Of a DNA stretch of 64,000 nt, positions 12,905-26,178 are shown in pieces. The notes below the pieces were generated by a model that was not told where the DNA came from, made no database searches, and saw only the letters and a list, made by a program, of their open reading frames with translations. Both the position numbers and the translations under genes were made by a program. Source of the stretch: Psammoneis japonica. Taxonomy: Eukaryota. Position 1 is the first letter of the stretch; every line of letters starts with the position of its first letter. The stretch is from NCBI GenBank assembly GCA_008632985.1, contig QPGO01000160.1, positions 1 through 64,000 of the forward strand, written 5' to 3'.

Positions 12905-14485
12905 CTACTTGTAATGAGGGCTCTTGGGGCATGTGTTCTTGCGGCACTTGACACCGGCTCCCACGAATTTGCCTCCGCGCGTGTAGCACTTGGACTTTTT
13001 GAACATCATACACTTGCCATTCTTCCAGCAACAGGCACCGGGCCTGGAGGAGCAGGTATTCTTCTTGCACTTGGTACCGAATCCAACAAACTTTCCGTGC
13101 TTCTTCTTCACACAAATAGTCTTCTTCAACACGGCACAATTTCCATTTGGCAAGCAGCAGGCACCGTACGCGGCAGGGCACGTTTTCTTGTTACACTTGA
13201 CACCTTCACCACCGAAATGACCACCCTTCTTTTTGCACCTCTTCTCAGGGAGAGTCCTGCACTGTCGTTTCTTAACGAAACAACAAGCACCGGGCTTGCC
13301 GCGTGGCCCAACCGGACAGCGATTGTTCTTTGTGCACTTGGTACCTACACCGATGAACTTGCCATACTTCTTTCTGCACACGCCAGGCATGAGGTTGCGG
13401 CAAAGACCACTTTCAAAGCAGCAGGCTCCGATGGGTTTCATGGTAGGAGTAGGGGTCGGGCTTGGAGTCTTGATTGGGCAAACCACATTCTTACAGCGAG
13501 TACCAGGGCCCAAGAAGAAGTTTCCGTTGGTAGCACACGTCCTCTGAGACCAGAAACGGCACTCTCCAGATTTGAGGCAACAAGCTCCAGGAGAAGTCCT
13601 AGTGGGACAAATGCCGGGCTTGCACTTGACACCAAGTCCGAGGAATACGCCGGTGTCGCAGTCTTCTTCGGTGGTTTGCTCACATTTATCATCCTCAACA
13701 TCACAGCAAGCTCCAGTAGGAGGAGGAGTAACGGTGGGTTTTTGCGTAGGCGCTGCGGTGCTAGGAGCAGGAGTTGGCGGTTTGGTCGGGCACAAGCCGA
13801 GTTCACATTGCACTCCAAATCCCTGGAACATGCCGTTTCCGTTGGCACACTCCTTCTTGAAGGTTCTCTTGCATCCATCCTCCAAGCAGCAAGCTCCCTT
13901 GGTAGGGCAATCGACCTTTGGGTCGTCACACTTGAGGCCTGGTTCCAAAAATGTGCCACCGTCCAACTTACAAGATTCCTGCGAAAGAAACTTGCATCCG
14001 CGAAACAAGGTGCAGCAAGCGCCAGGGGAGTCTTCAAAGGGCGTTGGTGACGGAGTTGGTGATGTGGTAGGAGCTGGTGTAGTGGGCTCCATGGTAGGAA
14101 CCGGGGTAGTGGGAGCTGGGGTGGGCGCAATAGTAGGAGACGGCGTAGGAGGTAAGGTTGGACAGTTCGCGTCCGCGCATAATACTCCTGGGACCCACAT
14201 TTCTCCGCCGTTATCAAGGTCAAGGCATTCTTCTTCAGTTCCCTTGAAGCACACCCTGTCAGAACCTGGCATTGGGCAACAAGCACCCTTTTCTAGAGCA
14301 GTAAGGTTTTCGCAGCCATCTTTTGGATAATGAAAGAAAACGAATACGCTGACAGAAGTTAGAACGGCAGCACGAGGCACAACCCAAGCACCGTGTGTGG
14401 TTGTTGTCGCACGTACCGCAACATGGCTATGCTGAGCCACAGCAGCAAGAAGGAGGGGTCCTAAGGCAATTTTCATCGTTGCCAA
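12905..14485 (-). CDS. Secreted Cys-rich GACC-repeat protein, copy 2 (recent tandem duplicate)
   Basis: Near-identical to 9007-10582 including the intron; one A fewer in the run after the acceptor (possible assembly indel). Confidence 0.8.
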   Translation of the reverse strand: MATMKIALGPLLLAAVAQHSHVAVRATTTTHGAWVVPRAAVLTSVSVFVFFHYPKDGCENLTALEKGACCPMPGSDRVCFKGTEEECLDLDNGGEMWVPGVLCADANCPTLPPTPSPTIAPTPAPTTPVPTMEPTTPAPTTSPTPSPTPFEDSPGACCTLFRGCKFLSQESCKLDGGTFLEPGLKCDDPKVDCPTKGACCLEDGCKRTFKKECANGNGMFQGFGVQCELGLCPTKPPTPAPSTAAPTQKPTVTPPPTGACCDVEDDKCEQTTEEDCDTGVFLGLGVKCKPGICPTRTSPGACCLKSGECRFWSQRTCATNGNFFLGPGTRCKNVVCPIKTPSPTPTPTMKPIGACCFESGLCRNLMPGVCRKKYGKFIGVGTKCTKNNRCPVGPRGKPGACCFVKKRQCRTLPEKRCKKKGGHFGGEGVKCNKKTCPAAYGACCLPNGNCAVLKKTICVKKKHGKFVGFGTKCKKNTCSSRPGACCWKNGKCMMFKKSKCYTRGGKFVGAGVKCRKNTCPKSPHYK

Positions 14486-14929
14486 GTTTCTGATCGACCG
14501 CTCAACGACTCAAATTGTGAGAGTGAAAGAGGGGTGATCGATTTTGCGCGTTTGGTCGTTGTTTGGGTGTCAGAGCGGTGATGGGTAAAAAAAGACCTTG
14601 TCGTGTCTGTCATACTGCATGTTGCACGTGAATACTTAACGGAAATGAATACTTTGGTCTGGAGCAACAGTTAATTTCGCTTTAAATGTCCCCACGCAAC
14701 GCAAGGGCATAATGAAAGAATTTTTATGTAATAATTATTTTTGCCAATATATAAACACATATCTTTAGTTAAATAAACTTAAGATTTTTGCATCTGTCCT
14801 TTTTTTAAAAAAATGTCAGTATGACATGAAGACATTTTGCTCGAGCCGGCGGGCCGGGCGGGCGGCGGGCCGTTCCATCGTTTGACGTCCGACCTTGGTC
14901 CGCCTGCCTCTGCCTGCAGACACTGATCA

Positions 14930-17150
14930 GCACTGCAGAGGCAGTGCGGGCTTTGGCAGTTGCTCTGCTCTCTAGAGTGGAGTGGAGCTGCTCTCTGCTC
15001 TCTACGGCACTCTCTGCTGCACTAGAGTAGAGGGCATCTGCCGGCAGGTGGAGAAGCCGGAAAGAACAGACCTCTCTTCAGACGACTGTGCGTGTCAACC
15101 GCAAAACGCACAACTGCTTGGGCAGAATTTTAGAAACACACCAGCCACAGTGGCAACACACAAGAAGCAGCCACGCCATCATGAAGACCAGTCACTGCTT
15201 TTTTGCAGAACACATTGTGTGCAATGCAAAAGAATGAGTGTTGTTGATCTCAGCTCTGTTGTGTCCAGTGCGGAACTGGCAAAAAAAAGCTCTTGGCATT
15301 GCCGATGGTGCACTGAGCTTGGGTCACTCACAGCGAGTCTGCACAAGAGGCAACAGCAGCTTTGTTGACCCAGCAGCATGTCAAAACCAGAGACAGTGTG
15401 TCGCCCATGACTGCTCTTGCCATCCTTGTGTGATGGACAGAGGAAAGGAAAGCCCAAAAAAAGGGGTGACACAGCAGCTGTCTTTTTTGACTTCTTGGAG
15501 CTTGGACCAGAGTTCATGCCACAATGCAACCCGCCACCCATGCCCACCACTTGCCACTGCACCCACTCACATCTGTGACAATTGACAATGCCAGCAACAG
15601 GGAAAAGGTCACATGGCACTGGTGCTGACTGTTGATGTGGAAAGAACAGACTCCAGCAATCCACAGATCAAACAACTGATTTCAGACGTCCAAGCTTCCA
15701 AAGCCAGCGTGCTTTCTGCTGAAGCAGCATCGTCAATTGCCAGCTGGCAGCCCAGCTGTTTGAATTGTTGCCTTTGCAACAGAAAATGCTCATCTCTTCT
15801 TAGAGTGGAGACAAGTTTTGGAAAAAAAAGAACAACAAGAGCTTTCCCCCCGGGCCTGGGCTGGAGGACCCACAGTCAGCCTTGCTTGCTTTGCACGGAC
15901 AAACCTTCTTGCTGTGCTGTGCAGTGCTGCAAAATGCTCCGCCTGTGTCTTGGCACAAATGCCAAAAGGACCTTGCTTTGGGAAGAGTCGTGCTGCCTTG
16001 CATCATTGCAACAGCTCCCATCACATTGTCTCCGTCCGTTGATCTTAGCCATTTTTCACTCCATTGCCAGTGGCTGTTGATGCTTGCAAGCCCTGCAAAG
16101 ACTTTCCAGCCTTCATCCTCTGAGTTGGACATTTTTCCACTTGGATCTTGGTGCAGCTTCTGTGTGGGGTGTCATTTTTTGATGACAGACTCTTGTTTCT
16201 TGCCACAACCAGTGCTGCAACATTCTTGATGGTGTTTGATTGCTTCCAAGTCCCTTGTGCTGTGCAGGCCCCCCCCATGTGTTCATTTTTTGGCATGACA
16301 TTAAGAATTTCTAGCTCTCTCTTTTGACTTGCTTTTTTTCATGATCAAATCATGCTTTGATCAGGGAGGGTGTTGGTGTGCCAAGAACAGAGAGGCCCAC
16401 ATCTGACAGACTGATGGGCAAAGTCCAAGCAACTCTCTCCACTCATTTCAGAAAGACGCAGTTGCAACAGCCACAGCTGGCTTCAATGATTTTTTGCCAT
16501 GAGCCAGCACCCTCAATCTCAAATGCCTCATGGTCTGCAAAATGACCGTGTCACAGAGGGATCCCATGAATTTCCAAACCAAACAAGGCTGGCAGGTTTG
16601 TCCCTGTGGTTGGGTGCTTGCATTGCACATTTCATTTTTCCAACCAGGCACAGCTCCATTGCTCAGAGCCGAATCCACCAAGCCAAAGTCATTCCACAAG
16701 CACCACAAATCTCCAGCACACAACAAGCTGCACCATCAATGCAGAGAAGCCAGAGCACAGCACTTGACATGGTCATCCACCAACCCACCAAACAACAGCA
16801 TGCTCAACTCTTTGGCATCAATGGCTTGAACTCTGCCATTGGGCAGTGAAGCACCATGGGCTGCACAATGTCTTTGTCATCATTGCAAAGAGCTGACAAT
16901 TCTGAATCTGACAAAACTTCTGTTTCTTCTGCCCCCAGCATGTCCTTGGATGAGTGCAAGAGAGACAGATCTGTCCAAGAATTGATTTGTGTCAGGAGAC
17001 TTGCTCCAATCCTTAAGAGCTTCCAACTCAGTCTTGTGGTTGATTGGCATGTGATGGGCTTTAATCCCAACTTGAGCATGGACTGTGTCAAGTCTGCAGC
17101 TGCATCATCAGTCATGACCAAATGTCACTCTGGTTGCAGAACATGACTGC
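14930..17150. mobile_element. Highly decayed unclassified repeat relic, TA- and CG-depleted
   Basis: Same compositional signature as the adjacent identifiable transposons; fragmented Cys/His-rich ORFs; no confident family motif. Confidence 0.45.
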
Positions 17151-20100
17151 AACCCAGACTCATCAATTTGTTTGGCTGATCACACAAAATGCTGTTTGAA
17201 AATCACAACAAACTTTTGCCACAATTTCCAGAACAACAACAAGGACAATGTCTGTTCACCTCTTTGCTGCCTGCATTGCTGCCAACCTGCAAGAGCTTTG
17301 CTCTCCCTGTCACACAACAGGACTGTCTCTCAACTGGTCACAGAGACCAATTTGTGCATTGGCGCCAAGCTCCCAGCCAAGTTTGTCATCATGGATGTTT
17401 TCTCTGAAGCAAACCCGGGAAACACAGCTGATTTTGAATCACCCATCTCATCTTCACATCCAAGAGAATGAGAGCCACATCTTCAACAACACCAGCAGCT
17501 CCAATTTCTATGAGTCTGGCTGCAGTGCCAAAGGTCCAGCTCATGAACAACCTCTGAATGATTTTCACCAACATCTCAAACCAGAGTCAACCACCACTGA
17601 CACCACCCATTCATGGAGGAATCCATCAGACTCATGGCACTCACATTGGCAGATCTCAGCAAGATGACAACGGCAACCAGACCAAGACACACACTTGCCA
17701 TTTTGCATCTCAGTGTTGTCACCCCAATGCTCTTGATTTGATCGAGTGCTCTCTCCGAGATCAACAAGCTTCTGCAATGACCTCCAAGTTCAACAGACAA
17801 ATTGAGATTTCAAATGGCCCCATCAACAAACCAGACAAGGATTGTTTTGTCAAGACTGTCCAGGATCCAGTCAAGGCTCATGGACAAGAAACATTCTGCC
17901 ATGTCAAGAAATTGGATGGCACTGCCATGCACATCTTTGATGACCTGCGCAAGTTTTTGGCAGCGGACATCAATGGCAAATGCTCCACTCGCTCCACAGC
18001 CTTGGACAACTCAGCCTGTGATGACATCAAGCTTGACAATTTCGGGCTGTCTCAGCTCCTGGTTCTGTCTAGAATCATGAATGCCTTTTGCAAGAAAATG
18101 GAAACCAAGTTCAACCATTTGAAGGACTGAAAGAACCACCCAGGCTCAGCACTGTTCATGATGGCTCTGGATTCAGCATGGAACATCAGTGCTCTAGCTG
18201 ATGTTGAGAGTGCAAAGAAGGAACTGGAGGACCTCAGTTTGGCCACCTGTCCTGCTGGTGAAGACTGCACACCAACTTTGCTGCCAAAGCTCTCAGCATC
18301 CTCAAGATCATGCAGACAGACTGCATGGCTCCAGTCAATGCTGGGTCCAAGATCTTGCACAAAGCTTCCAACACGTCCTCTGAGCACTTCAGTTGCTCAG
18401 TGCATGACAAGACCAACGAGTTCAAGAAGATGGAACACAAGTGTCCTCAAAGTGACCACCCAATCTTGGATTGGTGGGAATCATCATGTGGATTCAGGAA
18501 GAACACCGCAAGCTCATCAAGGATGGCAAGTGACCAGCTTTGGTCACCAAACTTCCTCCAGGGAATCTCTCCAAGTCTGACAATCCCAACAGTGCCAAGA
18601 AGTGTGTTGTGGGTGCAACCTGGAAGGCTGCATCAGATGCAACTGTCCAAAGTGCAAGGTGAGTCAGCCTCCAAAGGATGCCAATCCAGATCCAAAGCCC
18701 AGTTTCAGTCCCAAGAAGAAGAAGAGGCCAAGTCTTCCAGTGCAGCACTTGAAGTGTGATGGGGACACAATGACTGACAAGAGTGGAAAGGAATGGAAAA
18801 GTGGTGCACCAAGTGTGCAGCAAAGAGAGCTGAAAAGCTTGGACTCTGCCAACATCACTCCACCGTGGAGCACAAGAATGACTTCAAGTGACCTCCCAAG
18901 GAAGCACCAGTGTGCAACCTTTCTCAAGTCTTAGATCTCAACAGCAGTGTGCCCATGGGGCCACCAGCTCAGACTGCCAAGCAGCCTGATGTGGAGGAAT
19001 CTGACCCTGATGAGTTGGTGCACACGGGCATGTGGTGCATGGCTGCAGATGCTGTTGATGGCCCAAGTCTCCTTGCTGCCACTGTTCCCATGATGGCAAC
19101 AGTTGCTCCAGCACCTTTGGTTGAGAGGGAGAGTGACAAGGAAGTTGGTTTCAAAAAAAGTCTTTTCAAATTAAGCTCACAAAACACTTGCCCAGTCACA
19201 GATCCACTTGTGTCTCCAATCATGGTGGTTGAGACCATCACTCCCAAAGATGCCAATGACTTCTGTGAATGCTCTGACGGTTTGTCTGTGTTTGAAAATG
19301 ATCCACCAGCTGTTGAGTTGTTTCCGGCCTTGAAGCCACATTCCACCAATCACCCAGATCAGATCCATGATGCTCCCACCATCCTTCTTGCAGATGTGCT
19401 GTCAGATGCCATCAAGCTGGACCTCATTCTTGAAGATGAGCTGTGCTTTGAAGATGCGCGCAATGACTCACCACCAAGTGTTGCACACTGTGGCTTTGAT
19501 TTTTACAATCCAGAGAACCTTGACATGGATGATTGTCACAAGCATGGCAAAAAAGAGACCTCTTTGCATCAGTCAATTTTGGGACGAGCCAAACTCTTTG
19601 TGTTCTGGTTTGCTGGTGTGTTTTGGGAGATGGCACTGCATCTCTGCTTTGCCCCTGTCTTGTGTGTCCCTCAAGCTCTGCATTGCCAACACAAATGCCC
19701 TGCCTTGCACCAGTTTCTGGCCTCTTGAATGGTCCCATCTGCAGCAGTCATGGCATGGTCTGCAGTTTGTGTTGGTCAACAGCCCAAGCATCCATTCACA
19801 AATGTGCCAAGCTGCCTTTCACAGCTGGCTCTCAAGTCTACAACATTGTGGAGGAGCCAGATGACAAGATTGTGTCAGATGCTGGATCTCTGTTCAAGTG
19901 CAACAAGATCAAGGGCAGGCAGGTGCTCACCAAGTTTGTCACACGCCACCCATTGCATGTGCTGAGCGAGCTTCTGCAAAGCTGCTGAAAGACCTCCCAG
20001 AAGCAGTTGAATGGTCAGATTTGATTGGCAAATCAACCATCTTTGACACCCATGAGGAGTTGGAGCCTCTTGATGAGCAGAAGCACTTCTTCAATGTGCT

Positions 20101-20313
20101 TGAGGACTTCAGCCCTGATTTCTTCCAGTTTGATGAGAGCTCTGCATCCCTCATCACATTGTTGATGCCACTTGTTTTCAAGATCCCATTGCTCCATTGG
20201 AAGAAACATGTGCCAGGCCAGTTGTCTGCAATGCATCCACCATCCAGTGGCTTGCCAGCACATCCCAAGCCAAGCTGCTGGTGTCAGATCGCAGCTGCTC
20301 ATCAGCCCATCAG

Positions 20314-20437
20314 ATGAGACTCTGGCTGTCATCATGGATGCTGGCACCATGTTGGCCATCACCTGTGACAAAGACATGAGACTCTGGCCATCATCATGGG
20401 TGCTGGCACCATGTTGGCCATCACCTGTGATAAAGAC
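20314..20437 (+). repeat. 62-bp tandem duplication in the Copia protease region
   Basis: ATGAGACTCTGGC...CACCTGTGA(C/T)AAAGAC present twice. Confidence 0.9.
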
Positions 20438-23400
20438 AATTTTGCTGGACCTCTCATTGTCCCCAAGAAGCCTCCAAGGTGCTGGCCCAGTTGCCTGGAT
20501 CTTCACAATGCCAAGCGGTGCCACCATCCAGCTGAATGCCATGATGTGCTGCATCCCTGGTGCCTGACAACATCTGTCATTTGCCACAGTGCCTCTTCAA
20601 CAAAGTGAAGGGTGTCTGTGGGAAGCATGAGGATGACCAGCACAGTTTCAGACTGTGTGTTGATGGCACAGGGAAGTTGGAAGCCCCGTGTCATCCACAA
20701 AGCCACTTGCCTGTTGCACCAATGACCAAGGGGGTGTCTGAAGCTCCCCAAATGAAACCTGCTCATTCTCAATGAAAAGAATCAAAATCTGACAGCAGGT
20801 CAGAAGCTTTTGTCAGAGATGCACTCCCGTTTTGGTCATTTGAACTTTGGTTGTGCACAGAGGCCCTTCTCCGCTAAGTTCCTTTCTTGTCAGACTGGTT
20901 CAAGTGAGTGGCAAAGTGTGACCACCCAAGATGACAGTCCCTGAACACAATGGGTCCCTTCAAGCTGACCATTTGCAACCTGTTCAGGCTGTTGGTGTCA
21001 TTGATCATTTTGAGTCACACCTGCTGGGCCAAACCTTTGACTCATCCAGCAAAGCTGTGTCCAAGCAATTCAAGGGAGGGTGCATCTTCGCAGACCATGC
21101 CTCAGGACACCTTCATGTTGAACATCAACTGACTTTCTCCACTGCAGAGACAATTTGGGCAAAGCAAGCATTTGAGAAACATGCTCTTGACCATGGTGCA
21201 AAATCATTCAAGAATTTCTTGCCGACAGCGGTGCACTCAAGGCCAACTCTTTTGTCCAGCATGTGCAGGTGCACAAGTGACATCTTCAATTCTGTGGTGC
21301 TGATGCCCATCACCAAAACAGGGTTGCCAAATGCAGAGTTCATTCTGTCTCCAACATGGCAAGAGTGATGCTCCTTCATGCATCAATTCATTGGAAGGGA
21401 GGGGTCGACATTTCACTGTGGCCCATGGCTGCACCTCATGCCATGCACATCTGCCATGTCACTCCAAATGCTCAAGGGCATTGCCCAGTGGACATTTTCA
21501 CCGGCTCCACAGTGCCTTGACATCAGTTGACAGACAGCATTCACACTTGGGGATGTCCAGTGTGCATCCTTGACCCAGTCCTTGCACTCAGGAAGAAGCT
21601 GCCTCAATGGCAACCATGCACTCACCGTGTGCTTTTCATTCTTGGTTTGAGCATGATCCACTCAAGCGAGGTGCCCCTTGTGCTCAATCTTCAAACTGGA
21701 AGCATTGTTCCTCAGCGTCAGGTGGTTTTGGACAATCTGTTCACTGCTGTGCCATTGATCAAGAGGGAGACAGATCCACCCAACCACTTGGAGCAACTTT
21801 GTCTTGAGCAGTTGATTTGCATCCCTCTGGAGAAAGACCAGGCAGTCCACCTGCACAATGAGAGGCTTGTTCCTCCTGAACACCAATGCAAGGAGCAAAA
21901 ACTGGCCTGAGAGACTCACATTGAGGCACCTTCCAACCAACTCCATTGACGTCTGTGCTGGATCCACCTGTTCCTCCCAACAATGCATTGAATTGAGTCA
22001 TGCGCCCACAACAACTCCAGAGCTGGCTCCAGCTCCACCTCCAGCTCCACCTGCAACTCAAGACACTGTAGACTCTGCAGAGCCTGCACCAATTCAGCCA
22101 CCTCCTCCTCAGGAAAGTGACAAACTTCCACACCATCTGAAGCACCTCCCAAACCAACAGCATCTGCTCCAGTCAAAGCACCTCCCATGGTGAATTCAGA
22201 GGGAGAACCGGGGCTGCAACAGTCTTCCAGGTCAACCAAGGGACAGCTCCATTCTGCCAAGTTCACAGACAAAGTTTTTCTTAGCTCCGCCAAGGAAGAA
22301 GAGGTGCAGACATGACGCCAAGCTCATCCAGCATGTTTGGTGCTGCTCTTGAGACTGATTTGGATGCTGGCACATGCAACATTGGCAATCCCAGGGCTTG
22401 TGCAGCAAGCAAGAAGACCAAGAACCCTGATTTGCCTTCACCACACAATGCTCTGAAGGGTCCGGAAGCAGAAGAGTGGATCAAGGCAATGAAGATTGAA
22501 GTCAATGTGCTCATCCACCGATGAGCCTGGAAAGTGGTTGAATGCATGCCAAAAATGAGTGCATTCCCTGGCACATTGGCTTTCAAACTTAAGAGAGGCC
22601 ACCGGATGGAATGCCATTGAAGTGCAAGGCCTGACACTGCATCCGCGGTGATCTGCAGAAAGAGGGTGTGGATCATTTTGAGACCTGTGTGCCGGCAGTG
22701 CAATGGTCCAGCATGTGACTGATGCTCACTGCTGCATTGAAGGAAGGATGGACTGTGTGTCAAGCAGACTGCACCGCAGCCTTTTGCCAAGTGGATGTTG
22801 CCGAAAAAGTCTGCATGTCACCACCAAAGGGTTTCATGCCAAGGTCAGGACTCAATGTGGTCCTCAAGCTGCTGAGAGGACTGTGCAGCCTCAAGCAGTC
22901 TCCAAAGTGCTGTCATGAGAAATTGTGGGATGGTTCAATCAAAAATGCAGGTGGGCACCTTCAGCCACAGACCCTCATTTACACTTCAAGGAAGGCATGA
23001 TGTGCATCGTGCACATTGTCGACACGGCATTTGCTGTTGCATCAGCAGAAGCTCTGGAAGAGGAGATTCGCAAGCTGGGAGTCTCCAAAAATGAGCATCA
23101 CCATGCATTTGAACTTAGAAACAAAGGAGAAATTGGCAACTTTCTTGGCATCAAGATTGAAAAGCTCTCTGAGGGTCAATTTCTGCTCACTCAACCTGGT
23201 CTCATTGACAAGGTCCTGTGCACTGCCCAAATGCAGGATTGCAGTGGAGCTTCTGCTCCAGAACTGCCTGCGGCTGTTGGTGCCAACACGGATGGCCTGC
23301 CTTTTGATGAACCCTGCAATTGTTGTTCTGTGGTTGGAATGTTGGTGTGCTTGGTTGGCAGTGAACAGCCGGCCAGACATTGCATGTGCAACACATCAAG

Positions 23401-23654
23401 TTGCGCGTTTTTTGTTTTCACCCCGAGTGTCCCATGCTGCTGCAGCAAAGCAGATGCTTGTGTGTGTCAAAGCTGCTGCTGCTGATCAAGCCTGCACAAG
23501 ATCATCCAGTTGACTGTCATGTTGATTCTGACTTTGTGGGCTCATTCAGTGTCGAAGATGGGCAAGACCCAATTTCAGTCAAGTCCAGGACTGGATGTCT
23601 CATTTGGTGTTCCGGCTGTCCACTTGTGTGGGTGTCCAAGCTGCAGACTCTTGC

Positions 23655-24013
23655 ACAGCATTGTCAACTGTGGAAGCATGCATCTGGCAGTCAATGTCTG
23701 CACTGTCCCAGATGATTTTTGCAACTTGCACACCAGCCTGCACTTGTGCCCAGTCAGAATGAAAGAGCCAGCCCCACTCATTCCCACTGATGCAGGTTGT
23801 CATGATGCAGCAGGCCACAGAGCAGGTGGCAAAGTGATGCAACAATCAAGTGTCAGCCATGTGTTGAAAATAAGATGCATCATTGGCCACTGCATTGCAT
23901 GTGCCTTGCAAGCAGCTGTGCAGGCCAAGGCACCGGTGGTGGCATGCTTGGCATTGCAGCAGGCAAGAGGCTGGTTTGATGGTGGTGGCTGCTCCTCATG
24001 TTGCGCTGTCGCA
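23655..24013 (+). mobile_element. Insertion in Copia RNase H containing a Ngaro/DIRS-type RT-RNase H fragment
   Basis: DDFCNL...GCHDAAGHRAGG aligns with DDFRDL...GCHDAAGHGAGG of the Ngaro element at ~58840-58960; Copia frame resumes at AMHDLIPI. Confidence 0.65.
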
Positions 24014-24339
24014 GGCCATGCATGATCTCATCCCCATTTGTTAATTTCTGAAGGAGCTCAACTGCAGCGCATTCTGAAAGTGGCCACAACTCACTCCAAG
24101 GCTTTTGAGCTTGCCAACCAAGGCACCAATGACTCACCTGTCAAGCAGAATGTCCTGCATGCGTCTGTTGTGTGCAAAGACAACACCACACTGTGTGCCT
24201 CAAGTTTGCACATGTGCCCAAGTTGTCTTCACAAACCAGCACATTGGCATCCCTCATCACTGGTTTAGGACCAAAGTTGAACAATTGGAGATCGATGTCC
24301 AACCTGTCAGCACTCCAGAGCAACTGGCCAATCAGCTCA

Positions 24340-25560
24340 TGTGTGTTGACATTGTTGCGCTTCTTGCACACAAAACCTGTGTTGATCTGCTGATGTTGTG
24401 CATGTGAACTCAACAAGACACAGGGCAGCACCAATCTGAAAAAAATGTGCTTCACTGTGTTAAAAAAAACCATGACAATCCTCCACAATGACTGAAAATC
24501 TAAGAAGATCAAGCTTCTTGTCAAAAACTCTAGTTGAATGCTCAATCAGTGCTTTGTCAATGTGATCGAACAAGAAAATGCCATGACAGCTGCTGCCATG
24601 AATGGACCCGTTCATGCACAAACAACTGTCATGTCTGCAAAGGCAAGAATGTGGAGACAGGTCAATGCGACTGCGCTTGATGCAATCAAGTTGTCAGGTT
24701 TTGATTTTTTGTTGTCACTGTGGCTTGTGATGACCATGTTGACTGATGGCATTTTTGACATCTTCATTTCACTTGCTCAGATTTTGCATTGGGGTTCACT
24801 TGCTCAGATTTTGCATTGGGGTTCTTCACAAACCATGCATCTGCAGACTTGAGGCCAAATCTTTCACAGCAACACATGATCTGATGTCACACTGAGGTGG
24901 TTCTTTGGTGTGTGCTCAAGGTTGTTGCTTGGTTGACAGTCAAGAGCCAAGAATGCAAGATTTTTGGTCACGTCAACAATGACAGCAAGGCTTGCCCTCC
25001 ATTGTGATGGAGTGTGCTGACTGCAAAGAAGGCTGTGTGTGCAAATGTCCCGCTGATCTTGTCGCAAGCTGAGACAATGACGACGCTGGTGGGGGTCAAT
25101 GTTTTGCACAACATTGTTGGTGCTGCATCTCACAGTGCCTCACCCCATTGTCTGCAGCCCTTCTCCGCAACTTGCTCTGTGTTTCTTTGCTCTTTGAAAT
25201 GGATTTGGGCCATTGTGGCAAACCACAAGAGTTGAGAACAATGCCTTTTGGTGCCTCATGTTCTGCAGAATTTTCATTTGCCAGTTTTACATGCTGCAGT
25301 CTTGCTGCATGTTTCATCGTGCGTCTTTCTGCTCTCTCCGCAACTCTTGCCAGTGGGTTGAACGTTGGGTGCATTTCTTCTGACCTTCGCTGGCGTTGTC
25401 ATGAGTCTTGGGTTGCCGCGAGCAATCGCAAAATGGACAACGACGATTGTTGCTGACAATGTTGTGGTGTCTCTCTGGCCAGCAGCTCTGGCTAGAGCAG
25501 CAGTGTAAACAGTGCTGCAGCATGTGGCATCCTCACCGACCTCGACATGAGATTTTGACA
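24340..25560. mobile_element. Decayed unclassified repeat relic; contains a 27-bp tandem duplication at 24768-24821
   Basis: TA-depleted up to a sharp boundary near 25560; TTCACTTGCTCAGATTTTGCATTGGGG x2. Confidence 0.45.
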
Positions 25561-26178
25561 TTTTTACGGATTGAATTTGTTCCCAGCCTGACGCCCGAAA
25601 ATGCGAAAATTAGGCCAAATTATATTTGTTCTACGGCCGAAATTATCAGGGTGGGAACGTGCCTGAGAGTCATTCTTCTGAAGTTGCTGACAGAGAGGAA
25701 CGTCAACATTTCGTCTTAAAATAAAATACATCAGGTTTATACGAGGAAATGTGTGATTCAATAGAAGAATAATAATGAAAGAAATAAAATTACCTTTTAG
25801 TTTAATAGAGAAAATACCGGGACAAAACATTTTGTCCCGCGGGTAAAAAAATGTTATCATAGCTGAATATATTAATACTCACCTTCTTTCAGTATTCTGA
25901 AGTGTCTTCGGTTCTTTTACCTAAGTATCTAGCTTTTATATTTTCAGTTATTGTAAATTTCGTATGTAAATAGTTTTTCATCATTATATTTAAAACAAAA
26001 ATGTCATATGGCTTTACGTCACGCATACCACCGCGTACATACAGTACTGTGGTATGGTACATGGTACCATTGGTATTCGATGAACACAGGTGCTCGCGGC
26101 TTCACCTCACAAACTTCACAAGATGGATACTTGTACCTCTAGCTCTTCTCTCATCCCTCATAAAAACTAAGAAAAATC

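Larger units (their letters stand above)
17180..24340 (+). mobile_element. Degenerate Ty1/Copia retrotransposon (gag-PR-IN-RT-RNaseH remnants)
   Basis: IN: FKGGCIFADHASGHLHVEHQ; RT: EWIKAMKIEV, QADCTAAF, GLCSLKQSP, CIVHIVD; RNase H: DCHVDSDF, SRTGCL, HHWFR; many stops and frameshifts; LTRs not resolved. Confidence 0.85.

Noticed and set aside
9016..14330. Long plus-strand ORFs over the GACC genes
   Set aside because: Antisense shadows; the minus frame has the signal peptide, intron and repeat structure
14982..25560. Dozens of overlapping Cys/His-rich ORFs in all six frames, also at 33.2-46 and 53.3-61 kb
   Set aside because: By-product of TAA/TAG loss and TG/CA enrichment; not real metal-binding proteins
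14700..25860. Terminal inverted repeats bounding the first island as one DNA transposon
   Set aside because: No convincing inverted match found by eye
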